Of a DNA stretch of 64,000 nucleotides, positions 50,917 through 64,000 are shown one piece after another (the first letter of the stretch is position 1; each line of letters starts with the position of its first letter). Source of the DNA: Lingula anatina (lineage: Eukaryota; Animalia; Brachiopoda); NCBI GenBank assembly GCA_051362555.1, contig CM120645.1:744001-808000 (forward strand). The letters are read 5' to 3'. Made by a program: the position numbers and the translations under genes. The notes below the pieces were generated by a model. It saw only the letters and a program-made list of their open reading frames with translations. It was not told the DNA's origin and did not search any database.

Positions 50917-52242
50917 GAACATTTTGTTTAGGCGACATTAATAAATTATTTACAGCATCCAAATCTCGTTGACTTTGTTACAATCCATTGCAATAATTTT
51001 TTTTTTAAGGAAGGAAAAAACGATTTAGCTTTAACTGGTGCAGATCATATAAAGAACATTCATTGTGGCGTTTTCCATCGATTAGCAAATTCTCCCTTGT
51101 ATAATTGGAGATGTTTATATTTTGTAACCATGTTCATATTGTACATATAATTATTACACGTTTCAACTTTTGTCATGATTACTGTTTTACTAGCTAAGTA
51201 AAATGGACCATTATTCTTGAATATTTGTTCGAGTTATGACTTCAATTATATAACCAAAAGAAAAATTGTAAATTATAGCTAAATAACCCTCATTTGCCTG
51301 CAATCCTGATTTGCTACTGTGAAATAAAAATCAAGAACAATGTACTATAAAAAGTTTTATTTTGGAACTGCTGGGTGACAAGTTAAAAGCAATGTCTACC
51401 CTAATTATTGTATTTTACAACAATGCTGTAATACCAGGTCAACAATACAGACTTGCCAATTAAGCAATTTCTCAGGTTTATATCCTTGATATTCCTAAGG
51501 AAATTTGCTTCACAGAACACTGTCATTTGACGCAATCTTGACTGTTAGTCAAACTGTTCAGCTCACTTGTCTTTACAATACACCAGGACTTAAGAATGTG
51601 CAGAAACGGGAAAATCTTAACAACCCATTAAAAGTTTCTCAGGTTTTTTTGAAAACTACCATCCACAAGCAGGCTTCTGCTGTCCAATAGGAATAGGAAT
51701 GAATGCTTACCAATTTGCCCCTAGACTTGCATACACACTTCGGTGTGGCTCCATTGTCACTTTCAAAGCACATGATCATTATGAAGTACCCACTTTGAAT
51801 CAATTAAGCAGAATATTTACAGTAACATACAGATGACAATGCTTTTGCCATTAATTTTAGTTCATCAATATCAATAATCCAACTTTTCAACTAATAACCA
51901 TGAAATTGGTTTCAATCTGTCTATATAGAAGACTGTGTCAACTACAGTTCTGAATTCATGGAATGCAAACATTTTGCTTTAAGGAAGTCTTTGAAAATTA
52001 ACAAAGAAAAATGAAATGACTATACTGCATGGGACGAATTTTGTAAAACAATTGTAATGTGTACATTTTTCAATTAAAAATGCCACTGCTGGAGCATCAT
52101 GAAATAGATGCCTAAAACAATCAGCACACTAAGTTGAACATTCTGCTCTTTTTTTCTTTGACGTTTAATGAAATGATGTTTCCAGCAGATAAAGAGCAAC
52201 TTTCAGAACATGAGTCTTTGGTAAAAATAAAAAAAACTTTTG

Positions 52243-53497
52243 CTAGTCTTTCATCTCTCCCTCTTCATCTTCTTCCTCTACACCTCTGATGTATAATACA
52301 TTATTACACCTGAAATTGAGATAATAGTTTATATAATTATACATAAATTTCACTATTCAAAGGCCTACTCTGTTGCAGATGTGAAGCTTTTTTTATTATA
52401 AATGAAATGAAATAATTAAAATTTCTATTTTTACTAAAATGGGTTTCTGAAAACAAAATTCTGTTTTTTAAATTACACAGCTGTAATCGACTACTGATAA
52501 CATTAAAATTACAAATAACAATTTTGCCACATTAAGAAAAAACATCTGATTTTATATTAAGCACAAGACCTATTTGCTAAAACAAAAATAATGCAAAAGG
52601 TATGTATTAGTATGAGAGTTACATCAAGGCCCACCTAATGAGAACTTCTCCAAGATTGCCTGATAAAGCTCCATCAATATATTCTTCTGTATTTGCAAGC
52701 TGAAATCAAATCAAACAAAAAATCTTATGTTTAAGTTCCTTTTTAAAAATAAAAAGACCAGGTTGCATGCAAATTTTCAAATGCACATTTTGGTATTTGT
52801 ATTTTCTACATGTTACCCAAACTTCTCTGATAACTCACTTATTTTAAAACAATTTTCATTATCTTATCACTCAAAAATGGCAAACAAACTGTATATTGTT
52901 GTGACAAAAAAAAAAAAAAAAAAAAATTAAAACTACATAAATCCAAGAATGTTATTATCAAAGCAAAGCTGACACAAACACAGGGTCCACTCTAACCTGA
53001 AGATTCATGTATCCGTCTACTGAAACTAAGTATCCTTTATACTCCATTCCCCACTTTAGTTTCACCATGACTGGTTTTCCTGTTAACCCATTCAGGAAGG
53101 GTTTAGGGTTCATGGGAAGTGTCTGAAAAATAACAGAAAGGAGTAGGACATTTAAACAAATAGACAAGTAAGACCACCAGTGATTTGTCAATATATGTTA
53201 TATATAATTGTTTCAATTTAGGGTTTGATAGAGAGCATACCTCACATAAAGTTACGCTGAGAACACAAACTTCTAGTAAAATGACTAGCGCCCAAAACAA
53301 ATTTCATTCTATTTTATAAAAATTATTTTTAAAATTATTTCGTACTAGTAAAAAACCCAAATTTGTATGCTTTAGTGGGTGTTTAAGTGCCTCAGCATAA
53401 TCATCGGATACCGTCATGTGTGCGACAATCTAAATTACCTCCAGTTTATGGATGGAGACATTGAGTAGAAATGAAAGAAAATGGATCATGCTACCAT
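52243..53497 (-). CDS. SNRPF: Small nuclear ribonucleoprotein F (SmF)
   Basis: ATG-only first coding exon 53497-53495 (tentative), then ~53122-52997 [42 protein letters not shown], 52699-52635 [22 protein letters not shown] and 52309-52243 [24 protein letters not shown]. Confidence 0.96.
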
Positions 53498-53836
53498 AAC
53501 GTCAAGTGACTCGTGAACAACCGAGTCATATTCTGTCATCGGGAAAGCAACTTTAGCCAATATTTTTAAACACAGGGATGCACACCGATCTAAAGTGACT
53601 AATGCGATTACTCTTATTGAGTTCATAACTGAACTAGCATGCGAATTTCTCTTACCGAAGCCATCTCTTTCTCTTGCCGGTTCCTTTTTCGCACGCTTTC
53701 CACACGTTCTGCGCACGCGCAACACCGACTTCCGCGTAAACAAAAGTGCATTGTGGGACTTTATTCCAGCATGTGAATGAGAGAAGAAACTGTGTTTTTA
53801 TATTTTTACTATGAATTTCTGAAAAATTAGGATACA
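53498..53836. promoter_or_regulatory. Bidirectional promoter region SNRPF / MED20
   Basis: About 340 bp between the divergent ATGs. Local CpG enrichment with NRF1-like TGCGCACGCGCA (~53710) and ETS-like ACTTCCG (~53728). Confidence 0.6.
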
Positions 53837-55745
53837 ATGGGGGTTGTATGGTATGTAAATGTGATTCAGTTGAATGAATATATATGTTAATAGTAGAATT
53901 TGAAGAGGCTTATTTGCTCTTGTATCGCGATTCACGAACTAAAAAACTGAAAGAAACATAAAGACAAACACGACATGCTGATGAAGCTTGCTTCTTTAAA
54001 TAATGACCAGTTTTCTATCAGATACCATTGGGTGTCATCATTTCTAATACTTACAGACACTAACCCAACTTGCAAGAGTTGCCATTTTGGTAAGGATCTT
54101 ATTTTAGGAAAAGTTGACAACATTCTTCATTGCTATTTTTGTGCGAAGAGTGAATATAAGTACATGAAATTAAATAAATTATGATAATATAATTTTGCGA
54201 GGCTATTTTTACGCAAAAGTGATACAAATTTTTTTATATAATACTTTAACAATATAGCTTTATATTCAATACTATATATGCAGAAGAGCAGGCCAACATA
54301 CTGGTACCATAATTACTAGTTAGATTGATTATGATATTAAAAATGATAGAAAATATTTTACTTTATTCCATGTCAGTTATGCCTCCTCTATAATCTCACA
54401 AAAGGAGATTGACCATCAGTTATTGTATGTATTGTAATTTAGGAAACCCTCTGTAATGAAAATTAAAATATTTCTGTAATATATTTCCAGTGTTGCCTCC
54501 TATCCTGTACCAGAGGGCAAGAGTGGACAGCAGATAGTAGACGTGTTGCAGTCGAGATTGGAACAACTGGGCGCTGAAAAGAGTGGACAGTTTAATGTGG
54601 ATTGTGAAACTTATCAATCTCAAGTTCCTTCAGGTAAAAAATTATTTCTGTTATTGTAAACTTAACAGTTTTGATGAAAAGTCTTACGAGACCTCACAGT
54701 CTGACTTAAATGTACCAGTATTGTAATCTGTTCTTAAAATAACTTTTAAGTGTGGTCAGACTTTTCATTAAGAGGCTTTATTCAGGCTGCAAATCACTTA
54801 TTCTGAATGTAGGTTTTTATAGACTTTTGATTCCTATTTCACTCCAGATTTTGTTAACATATCGCAGGTGTATTTTACTCTTATTTCAGCTCAGAATAGA
54901 CTGGTGCACCTCCTACACAACAGCGAGCAACCCGCGACGTGTTTTGCTGTCCTCGACACGGGCACCTGCTTAGTTGCAGACAATCTCTTCAATCTGCTCA
55001 TGTTGAAGCTGAAAAATTTTTACCCCACAAGGAAAGGTTTTAAGATAGAATCCAAAGGACAGAGATATTCCCTGGGGGATTTTATCATTAAAATTGGATC
55101 TGTTACTTTTGGACAGAATATAAGCTTTAAGGGAATTTTGGTTGAGGTAAGTTTTACCTCTTATTTGTTGCTCGATTTTGCATAAGCAAATTTATTTTTA
55201 CAGGTGCATATTAAAATATTAATGAGCTTAATTAAGTGGTAAATTTGTGATATTTAGGTATCGATTTGTCTTACCTGCTGTGCAGCAAAATTGTTCTTAA
55301 TGTTACTGTAGTAAAATGAATCTTCTTTATCTACTTAGAAAACATTTTGCAAATTGAGACTACAATCATGTCAGAGACTTCAGACCTTTTTCTTGTATAT
55401 TAAATTATCCAAGATCAGTGGGAAGTAGGGAACATAATAAATTATTGTTTGGATTGAATTATGTCATATATTATTTCAGTATTTTTGTATAATACATTGT
55501 ACAAAATTAAATTGAAGTACTATTTGTGTTGCCTGCAGGTAGAGTATTGTCCGTGTATGGTCCCCGGGGACTGCTGGGACCTGATGAAGGAATTCATGCA
55601 GGGATTTATGGGCAACTGTGTGGAAAATCCCTCCAATTATCTCAAAACCAAGATGGACATAATGTACACCCCAGCAGATACCATACAGCAGTATTTAGAA
55701 CACTTCAAAACTTTCAGGAAGGAATCCCTGGCAGTGACACGGTGA
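53837..55745 (+). CDS. MED20: Mediator complex subunit 20
   Basis: Exons 53837-53850 (MGVVC), 54491-54633 (PVPEGKSGQQIVDVL...LGAEKSGQFNVDCETY), 54890-55146 (HNSEQPATCF...KIESKGQRYSLGDFIIKIGSVT...FKGILVE) and 55539-55745 (VEYCPC...DCWDLMKEFMQGF...YTPADTIQQYLEHF). Confidence 0.95.
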
Positions 55746-56579
55746 ATGGTAGTCCTGTTCCACTGGATGTTCTTTTTTTCCTAGAAACTTTTATCTTTGA
55801 AAGAGTCATGCCATATTTCAGCTGTCACGGGTGCAGGGGTACTGCTACCTCTGTAGTTGAACAGTTTGGTGGCTGTGGTATAATGAACTTGATAATGATT
55901 GGAAACTTTACAAGCGGGAACAAATAATAAATTTGCTTACAAAAAGGGTTTTTGAAATTCAAGCAAACTCTAGTCTAACATTACAAAAAAAAATTCTGTG
56001 TTACAACACATCAGTTGACAGCCACCTTCAAATCCAATGACCTGTTATATTAGACAGTAAGGTTTGAAAGAAGGAGTTGAGATTTCAGACAAATAAATGT
56101 TATCACAAATACATGTGTAATGAATTAAATACCTTTATTACCATAACCATAACAACGGTCAACAATGATTTGCCCTGATGATTTGTTTTTGTCTTTGAAA
56201 AAAGTTAAAGTTAATACAAAAGTTAAACTATATATTTATGTTAAAGGGGTAAAAATTTCATTTTGGTCAAAAAATTATTTTCCTGGGATAAACAACGGCT
56301 TTCCCATACTAACCAATGGTTTATGCATCCATTCCGACATTCAAAGTTAGAACAACCGATGACCTTCTGATTCTTATCATGCCAATATTTTTTCTTGAAA
56401 TTATACCTTTTGACACCAAAGAAAAGTTTAAATCCTTCTGAGCCCAATGTTTCATGTATCAACTGTGATGTAAACATGTTCACCTGAGACACTCAGTAAA
56501 ATAAAAGTAACTGCAGTCAATTCATTAAGTCAGACTCTGTATTAAAATATACCCAGCTATGATAAATGATGTATATTCG

Positions 56580-59500
56580 TCAGCTTTTTGGCATTATCTT
56601 TCTACTGTTGTGTAAATGCTCAGCTTTGGCTTTTAGTTCTAAAAATTCTTCTTGAATAACATCTGTTATTGCCTTTCTGATTTCCATCTGGAAAAAAATT
56701 GAGCTTTCAAAATGAATTTATCCCAGGATATTCTCACCTCCCCCTCCCCCCCCCCCCCAAAAAAAATGGTTTAATCGGTGTATAAAAATGACTTCCATAG
56801 TCACTGTAATAAAAAAAATTAAACACTTGGTGGTTATGTCAAACTTTTGTTCTAAGACTTGTAATAAATATACTTACTGGGGACTTTTTAGCTATCTTCA
56901 ACTGTTCCAACAATGTCTTGAACTCCAGGGGGTTTCCAACATATATAGTCAGTTCCTTGACAACAGAAAAAAAATCTGTTTAACCACGTCATTCTGTTGC
57001 AAAAGTTGTAATTTGGACATTTAATCTACAACTCTGCATGCCTTATGCCAAGAATTGTATCGTGTTGGAGGTGACAATGCAATTGTGAGAGGGACACGTG
57101 TCCCTCTAGTGAGGAAAATTACAAGGGAGTAGTTGTTGCATTGTGTGGAACGTGGCGGTCTCCATGTTTTTCCTGTGGGTGAGACCATGATGTTTCCAAT
57201 TGTTACTTGTGTTGTAAAACTGTAAAACTAATTTAAAAAAAAAAAAGGAACCAGCGACTTATCGACTTGTCAACTTATTTTGAACACCTTATATTTATAG
57301 ATTATCAGATAAAACGGTTCTCTATGGGAAATGCCATCATAAGATTGCAATTTATGACCTCAAGAAAGTCATATATGTATTTTAGTCAGGAAAGAGATAT
57401 TTCACCTTCAATATTCTGGGTGGAAAATAGGGCTTTCTATTTGGCAATATATCATCTGCCCCTAAAATATTAAAAATAACAATAATTATAAAATATATAT
57501 AATAAAAATAAAATAAAAATAATAATAATAATAATAACAATGATTACATTGTTTCAAAATGACACAGTGGCATCACAATAAAGCTCTACAGACCAAATTT
57601 GTTTATTTATTTAACAACAGTTCCAACTCTTGTAATCCTTGACATAACAACAGACATGTTCCCCAAATCACTTAATTAATTAACCATTTGATTCAGTTAA
57701 AAAAACTCTGAATATATACCGTCTGATATTTAAGGAGTGGGACTACAGGCTCTTTTTCAGTCCGACTAACAATTAGTTCCATTTCCGGTCTAAAATTGAT
57801 CTTGTCTGCACTGGACTCCTAACTGTTCTCCAGTCATACTTACCTAAGTGCCATATTGGAATGACCAGTGGATCAATCTTACACTCCGCTATCAGTCTTC
57901 CAACACCTGAATGAACAATATACAAATGTCTGTACATATATGATAATATACAGCATGGCAGGGTTAAAATGTTGCTGCCCTCTTTTTCTTTTTTGTATTT
58001 AGATCTGTGCAAATAACTTCATTTTTATTTACACAAGCAGCAACAAAAAACCTCTTGCCCCAACAACAATTATGTTTATGCAGCCATTAAAATTCAAAGC
58101 AAAGATCTAAAACTGCAAATTCACAAAAATAGTCATATCATTCAAAATTAATTATGTATATTCACTTACCCCATTTCAGCCTCATTGGTTCTTTTGTTAC
58201 GTTGATTTTACCTGACGATTAAAAGAAACAACAGCAAATGTGTTAAATGACATGTGCATACATATACATCTCATTATGTTGTGACATCTTTCATCATATT
58301 TCATATATCTGGGTAATAAATTAAGAGAGAGAATGGGCTATGATTTACTCATCATCAATAAGTAATAATTTTTAAACAAGTATGAATTTAAGCCAATTGT
58401 TTATGCCAAAACAAAACAACAAAGGAAAAAAAAACATTCTGTGGGATACTGTTATTATCATTATTATTTTTGGAGGGGAGGGGGCAAAAGGACAAGTGAT
58501 GAAGACATGGTTCCAGAACACAGCCAATGGACAGTCAGAGGACAGACAATGGAAGTTGTCCGAGACAGAGAATACATGATTTACTCACCTTCAGGAAACA
58601 CGTGCACCCAGTTGCCCCTGTTGAGTTCATCAACCAAAAAGTTCATGGTGTGCTGGAAGACACCGTCCCCTCTGCGTATAGGGACCACCTTGCCCCAGGA
58701 ACAAAGGCGGTTCGTCAACGGCCATTTACTGATGACATCTTCAGCACCCGGATCCCAGCGCATTAACTCTGTGTTCAGTAGGTGGCGCCACTTCAGCACA
58801 CCTGGTACAAAATATCTTTTTATACTTATTAACATGAAGGCTAGGTGTGTATTCTGATATATATATACTAGTGTGTGTGTGTGTGTGTGTATATATATAT
58901 TATATATTACTTTGACTGAAAAAATAAAATCATTTAAAAAAAGATGAAGGGTAGTTAATTTACCTACATTTTAATTGAATCAGTAACATATAAAAAAGGG
59001 GGTTTGGGGGGGGGGGTAATCCAACAAGATATTTGAATATGATTTTTTTTTCAGTGATCTTGAAAATTACTTCTGTCAAGAACTTTGACAACCAGCATAA
59101 TTGTCAACTGATCTTTAAGAACCAATTTTTCTTTACCACCTTTTTCCTTACCAATATGTAATATATATTTGCAATAAAACACTTATCTTGTAAATGGTTT
59201 TCTTAATCATTTCCAGGTTACCTTGAATGTTTTAGGCCAAGGTATGACATCTATTTATGCTTTACAGACACTCACCCCAAATAAGTGGATCATCTATACA
59301 CGAGGCGTGGTTGCTAACTGTGATTAAAGGACGTCCTTGACGGGATTCAAGAGCACTTTGTAGAATTTCTAGGTTATGTGTCTGTACATAGGTAATCTCT
59401 GAAAGGATAAAAAAGTTTTGTTTGAAATTTGTCTGAGTTTAATTTTGAAAAACTCAGTTAGACAATAGTTTGGTAACTGGTGCAGAATTTAAAATCCTTA

Positions 59501-60056
59501 AGAAAAATTCCTACAGCAGAGCCTGTAGGAATTTTTTCGTAAGGGAAGTTATTATGACTTTATCAGATATGCAAAGAATGAAGACTTATGGCCAACATAT
59601 TAATATAGAAAAACTAACCAGCACACTCTCACCAGGGGTTGAATTAAATATAAAGGGCATATAAAGGGGGGGAGAAGAGGAGGGGTCCAGTCTTCTGTAA
59701 TTCATGGCAATGTAATTAAACTTCAAAAGCAAAGAAAAGCTCAGTCTACCCCTGACCTTCTGAACAACGTAGTATTTTCGTCCAAGACTCAAGAGGTCTG
59801 ATTTGATTTTGGATAAATTTTTATGTGGTTATGGGGCTAAAAAGCGCATAGGCTGCATCATACATACACTAGCAATTATAAAAACATAATAAAAATCACA
59901 ATAAGTTCGAGCCTTACTGGACCACATTTTGCTGATCATGTTAAAGAAGGACAAGGTCATCCAGCTCGGCATCCGCCATCGCAGTGGAAACCTTCCATCA
60001 GCATTCCTTGGAGGGACGAGCCACTTTAATTTGGAGTCCCCTGGTTTTTGAGTCAT
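56580..60056 (-). CDS. TAFAZZIN: Tafazzin (cardiolipin transacylase)
   Basis: Exons 60056-59918, ~59398-59276 (RPLITVSNHASCIDDPLIWG, HxxxxD motif), ~58802-58589 (GDGVFQ...GNWVHVFPEG), ~58211-58170 (KINVTKEPMRLKWG), 57907-57844 (VGRLIAECKIDPLVIPIWHLG), 57461-57406 (DDILPNRKPYFP), ~56955-56878 and ~56687-56580 (EIRKAITDVIQEEF). Confidence 0.93.
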
Positions 60057-60199
60057 TTTATTTTGTAATAGTTGTCCACTTAATGCAGTGTATACAAATG
60101 GTTAACAAATATCAAAATACACGTTTATTAAACTTCATACAAGCTACTTCGACGGTGCCCGGGTTGAGAGTCGCGGTTTCATGGGCGCAGACATCTTGT

Positions 60200-60230
60200 T
60201 CGATGACGTCACTGAATCCAGGAAGTGATT
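60200..60230. promoter_or_regulatory. CRE and ETS motifs upstream of tafazzin
   Basis: Palindromic TGACGTCA at 60204-60211 and CAGGAAGTG at ~60219, about 150 bp upstream of the ATG. Confidence 0.45.
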
Positions 60231-62285
60231 AAGAAATCAAGTTTGTCCCAAAATAGACAAACACCAAGCTTTTGCGAAAAAAAATGGTTATAACTCAGTT
60301 TGGTTTGGGGTGTAACCGTTTGCAGGCAGCCAAAGTCAAATTTTTACATCGTAATACAAATTTGGCCAAATTGTGCTAGTTGTGACAAGTTGAGTTGTGC
60401 AACTACAGTCACAACTAGCACAATTAAGGCGCTCACAGCCTTTTGCAGCAAGATGATTACATTGATGCCGACTACTTTCGTTTACTGAAGAGCTTTCTCG
60501 TTTTTTTTTTTATGGTAATTAAATTTTTTTTACACCATGACGTGATCTGAAATACATTTCTAAAAACATATATCTTTTTTCCCTAAAGCCATGACAGTTT
60601 TTAATTCCCTATAAAATGTTGGTAAAGATATTTAGACCCAAGAAGCACTAAATGTTGTTTACTTAGTAAAAACTAAGTAAATGACTGTTTTATCACAATT
60701 CAGTATTTGTAAATTTATACAGATAAATACGTTATTTTAATGTTTTGTAAACATTTTATTGAGTGCCAAGACCACATTCCACTACTGACAGTGAAAACTT
60801 CATTTCGACCAAATTTAACAGAAAGTTTTCCAGGTATTTAAAAAACACCCAAGTGATTCAGTGTGTCTGATACAATGTATGATCTCTTTTCATTTATCTC
60901 TAAAGATGTCATGAACAAAAAACCTAAATATATGATTATAAATAAGAAAGGGGAAATATTAAATATTTTTGGACATCTGAAATAATATGAAAACATATTG
61001 CATCAACAGGTGGCATGTACCTGTAAAATATATATTATTTAACGGAGATACATTTTACGCTGTTGGATTAGACAAGACTGTTGACTGCTGGGGAAAAGTT
61101 AGTAATCACATTAGTTTGGTCAGTCAATTAATATGATATAAGGCATTATCATGGCAGAATTGTGGAGCTTTTGAAAAATATCTTAAACTCTTTCTTGTAA
61201 CTTTATCAAATAGACTTCAATAAAATTATACAATCCTTTTATCTGTTTATATTACGCACTGTACATTTTAGAAACCATTACTTCTTCAAAATATGATCTT
61301 CACCATCTCATGGTTCATATGTGTCTACTTATGGCATCATTTTCAAAAGAAATGTTTAACAAAATATCACTTATTAATTAATTCTTAGCAACAATGATAT
61401 GTACAGTTAAACTCAACAAATTGGAAACATTCTCCTCAGCTGTGTAATTAATATATCTAGAAATTGATGAGGTCACAAATTTTAAAAATCTTTAATAGGA
61501 TTAGACTTTTTTCAGAATAAATAAATAAATAGGCTGACAAGCTTTAAGCAATTTTTAAGTAAAAACTAAGTATGACTGTTATAATTATTTGTGAATTGCA
61601 CTGTTATTACTAGTAGTGAAAATATTTTCATCTGTCCATTTACAAATAAAAATCTGCCAGTCTGTTTAGATTTCATCATCTTACAACTCAGAGCTACTAG
61701 AACTGAGTCACAATTATTCTTCCATTACTAACCACAGATCTGCATCCAGCTTTCCACAGTTGTAGAAACAAAGATACAATTATAAATTCTTGCTTCTAGT
61801 GGACTTGTAGTTTAAACTAACAATGTCAAACACACTGTACAGCATCACAGTTTGTACGACTAATATGTATATACCGTATATATTCTTGTATAAGAAGTAC
61901 TCATCTGTCCACAGTGCATTGAACTTCAAAAATATCAACCACAATAGGCTTTAAGCTGAATATGTCTCTGCTTCTGGCTGTATCTCCTGTTAATTCTCTC
62001 AGTTTTCTTGGATATAAAGAATAATATGTACTGTATTTCTCTATGTAAAGAGGGAAGTTCATATTTAATTTGCCAATTTGTTCTTAATGTAACAGAAATA
62101 ATAATCCCTGCCATTTCTTTGTTTCAACTGAGAAGATGCAGAGAAACAAGGAACAATCAGCTGACGTTTCAAGTAAAAGGCCTCTTTTGGCCTTAGACTC
62201 ATTCTGCCCGTTAGTGGTTGATAATGAAACTAGACCGAGTGACTTGATGTTGTTTCTCCTCTCTCTCTCAGAACTCGGAAAGAGT

Positions 62286-63897
62286 TCATGTCAATTCTGC
62301 CTTGCTTGCCTCAAATCCAGACGGAATATCGGCATTGATGCTATAGTCTCCAGAGTCGAGCACAGTGAAGTCCTCAGAATGGTCGTACAACGGGTTCTTA
62401 CTCGGACCGATGTCAAAATCCTCCTCCCCACTTCCTGTTGCACTGTTTGTGTCGAAAGGCGTGCTATCGTAGCCGGACGTCATGGAGGCATCGATGCGAG
62501 GCGTCTGATAGGGCAGGCTGACCTGGTCGTCTTCGACGCCCCCCTCGTCCATGTGAGATTTGTATGAAAACAAAAGATTCAACCTCGGAGTTCTGAAAAA
62601 GGAAACAAAATATTTCTTAATTTTGGAACAATAAGTTATTTTGAAAGTGTTTCATCAGATGTACTTTGTAAAATAGACAGAAGATATTGAGTGAAATAAA
62701 TAGAATATATCTTGAGAAGAATGTTCATCTACAAAACTTCTTTTCTAAAAACACTATTATGCTATTTATTAGTTCTATGCAAGGAAACATTTCAGAGTAT
62801 ATGAAGGAAGTAAGCAAGAATTAAAATAATCAAACAACTCGTTTTATGAAGCAAAATACAGATATCGAAAAACTATGACCAATGTTATATTTCAAATGGA
62901 CTTAATTTCTCACCCAAAAAATTTCCACAAAAATGTACAAAACACAAGCGGTGCAAACATGGAAAAGTAAAGATAGGCGGCGACGTCCACCACACACATG
63001 CCTTCGATTGCACCCATTTCTAAAGCCGCGCTGCCAATAACTTCACCCAGATTTAGCAATGCTAGTATGCCGCAGTAGATATAGAAACTCTTCTTAGCTG
63101 TAATGTGTAAAAAAAATGTGACATAAGTTTAATATTTGTATTGGTTTTAAAACACGCACATAATTTATATAATATATAAATTTAAATATATCAGTATGCT
63201 AAAAATTTGATGTTATTGAAGCAAACTTAAATGCTTTGCACGTCACTTTTGAGATGCTTTCAATATGACATTCCCGGCAGAGAGTTTCACCCTTATTGCT
63301 GAAAAATTAACCCCGCCTCATGACATTCTGAAAAATGTTCTAGTCACATTTAAAGTCATGCAGTATCAAAGGACTTATTTTAGATAATCCTATGATTCTC
63401 ATTGTGTTGCTTGAACATGATCTGTTACTTACATGGCAAGTTGAGCTTGTCCTTGAGTGGGGTATACGGCAAGACAAGTACCGTGATGTACACCTTTATA
63501 TATAGTTGAAATACACAAGTATTATCATCAAGTAAAACATGCGTCTGTATAATTGTACAAGTAAATATAATAAGTCATTCCATTTCAAATCTTTTCTAAC
63601 AGTAAAAATATTACTGCAGGTACCATTATATCTTGTTAGGTTTCTAGTGTGCCTAAATTAGTAAAATGCGAAATAAATAATTTAAAAGAGTCTCAAAAGG
63701 CTTTTATATATTAAAACAATTCTTATAAAAACACATCTTAGTTAATACAGTCAAGCCTTGGTGATCTTGGCAAACTTACCACTAAGAAGAATGCCGCACT
63801 GGCACACAAAAAGATCATTCCTCCATGAGCAAAAATATCATAATTTTCTCCCTCCAAGTAATATTTCTTGTCATGGTAATGGAACTCCAATACACCC
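62286..63897 (-). CDS. TPRA1: Transmembrane protein adipocyte-associated 1 (GPR175), 3' exons only; the gene continues beyond the window
   Basis: Exons ~63897-63780 (YDIFAHGGMIFLCASAAFFLV), ~63493-63433 (VYITVLVLPYTPLKDKLNLP), ~63098-62914 (KKSFYIYCGILALLNL...IEGMCVVD...YLYFSMFAPL...FFG) and 62591-62286 (LLFSYKSHMDE...). These match recalled TPRA1 motifs. Confidence 0.9.
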
Positions 63898-64000
63898 TGA
63901 AAAAAGAGGAAAAAAATCATAAATATTATTAGTGAAGATATTACTGGTTGTAAAGAATAAGTGAATAATTTTGGAAATATTACACATTTTTTCTACTGTC

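Noticed and set aside
57720-57840. Candidate extra tafazzin exon (MELIVSRTEKEP...)
   Set aside because: It would need an implausible 38-nt intron. The homologous exon (DDILPNRKPYFP) is present at 57461-57406.

Overview
AT-rich eukaryotic (animal) DNA with GT-AG spliceosomal introns, microsatellites and many transposon relics. The gene content suggests a marine invertebrate, probably lophotrochozoan/molluscan (inference). Most short ORFs in the track are exon fragments or noise, so I rebuilt gene models by hand from splice sites and reading phase. From left to right: (1) a multi-exon secreted protein with a WSC-like domain and a Cys-rich domain (~1182-13683, +), whose first intron holds a defective Academ DNA transposon carrying a Tx1/L1 fragment; (2) two tandem type I membrane proteins with Tyr-motif-rich tails (-); (3) a divergently transcribed CARD-NB-ARC-TPR (NLR/APAF-like STAND) gene (24850-27957, +); (4) HSPA14 (30129-49008, -), whose 8.8 kb intron 7 contains two complete antisense five-exon paralogues (signal peptide, coiled coil, uncharacterised globular domain) and whose intron 2 contains an EnSpm/CMC-type element with a nested deleted Gypsy LTR element; (5) MANF/CDNF head-to-head with HSPA14, as CDNF is in human; (6) SNRPF and MED20 head-to-head; (7) tafazzin; (8) the 3' part of TPRA1. 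The best candidates for undescribed biology are the putative immune module (Tyr-motif receptors plus CARD-NB-ARC-TPR) and the nested angiopoietin-like gene pair inside HSPA14. No database searches were run; family calls rest on recognised motifs.
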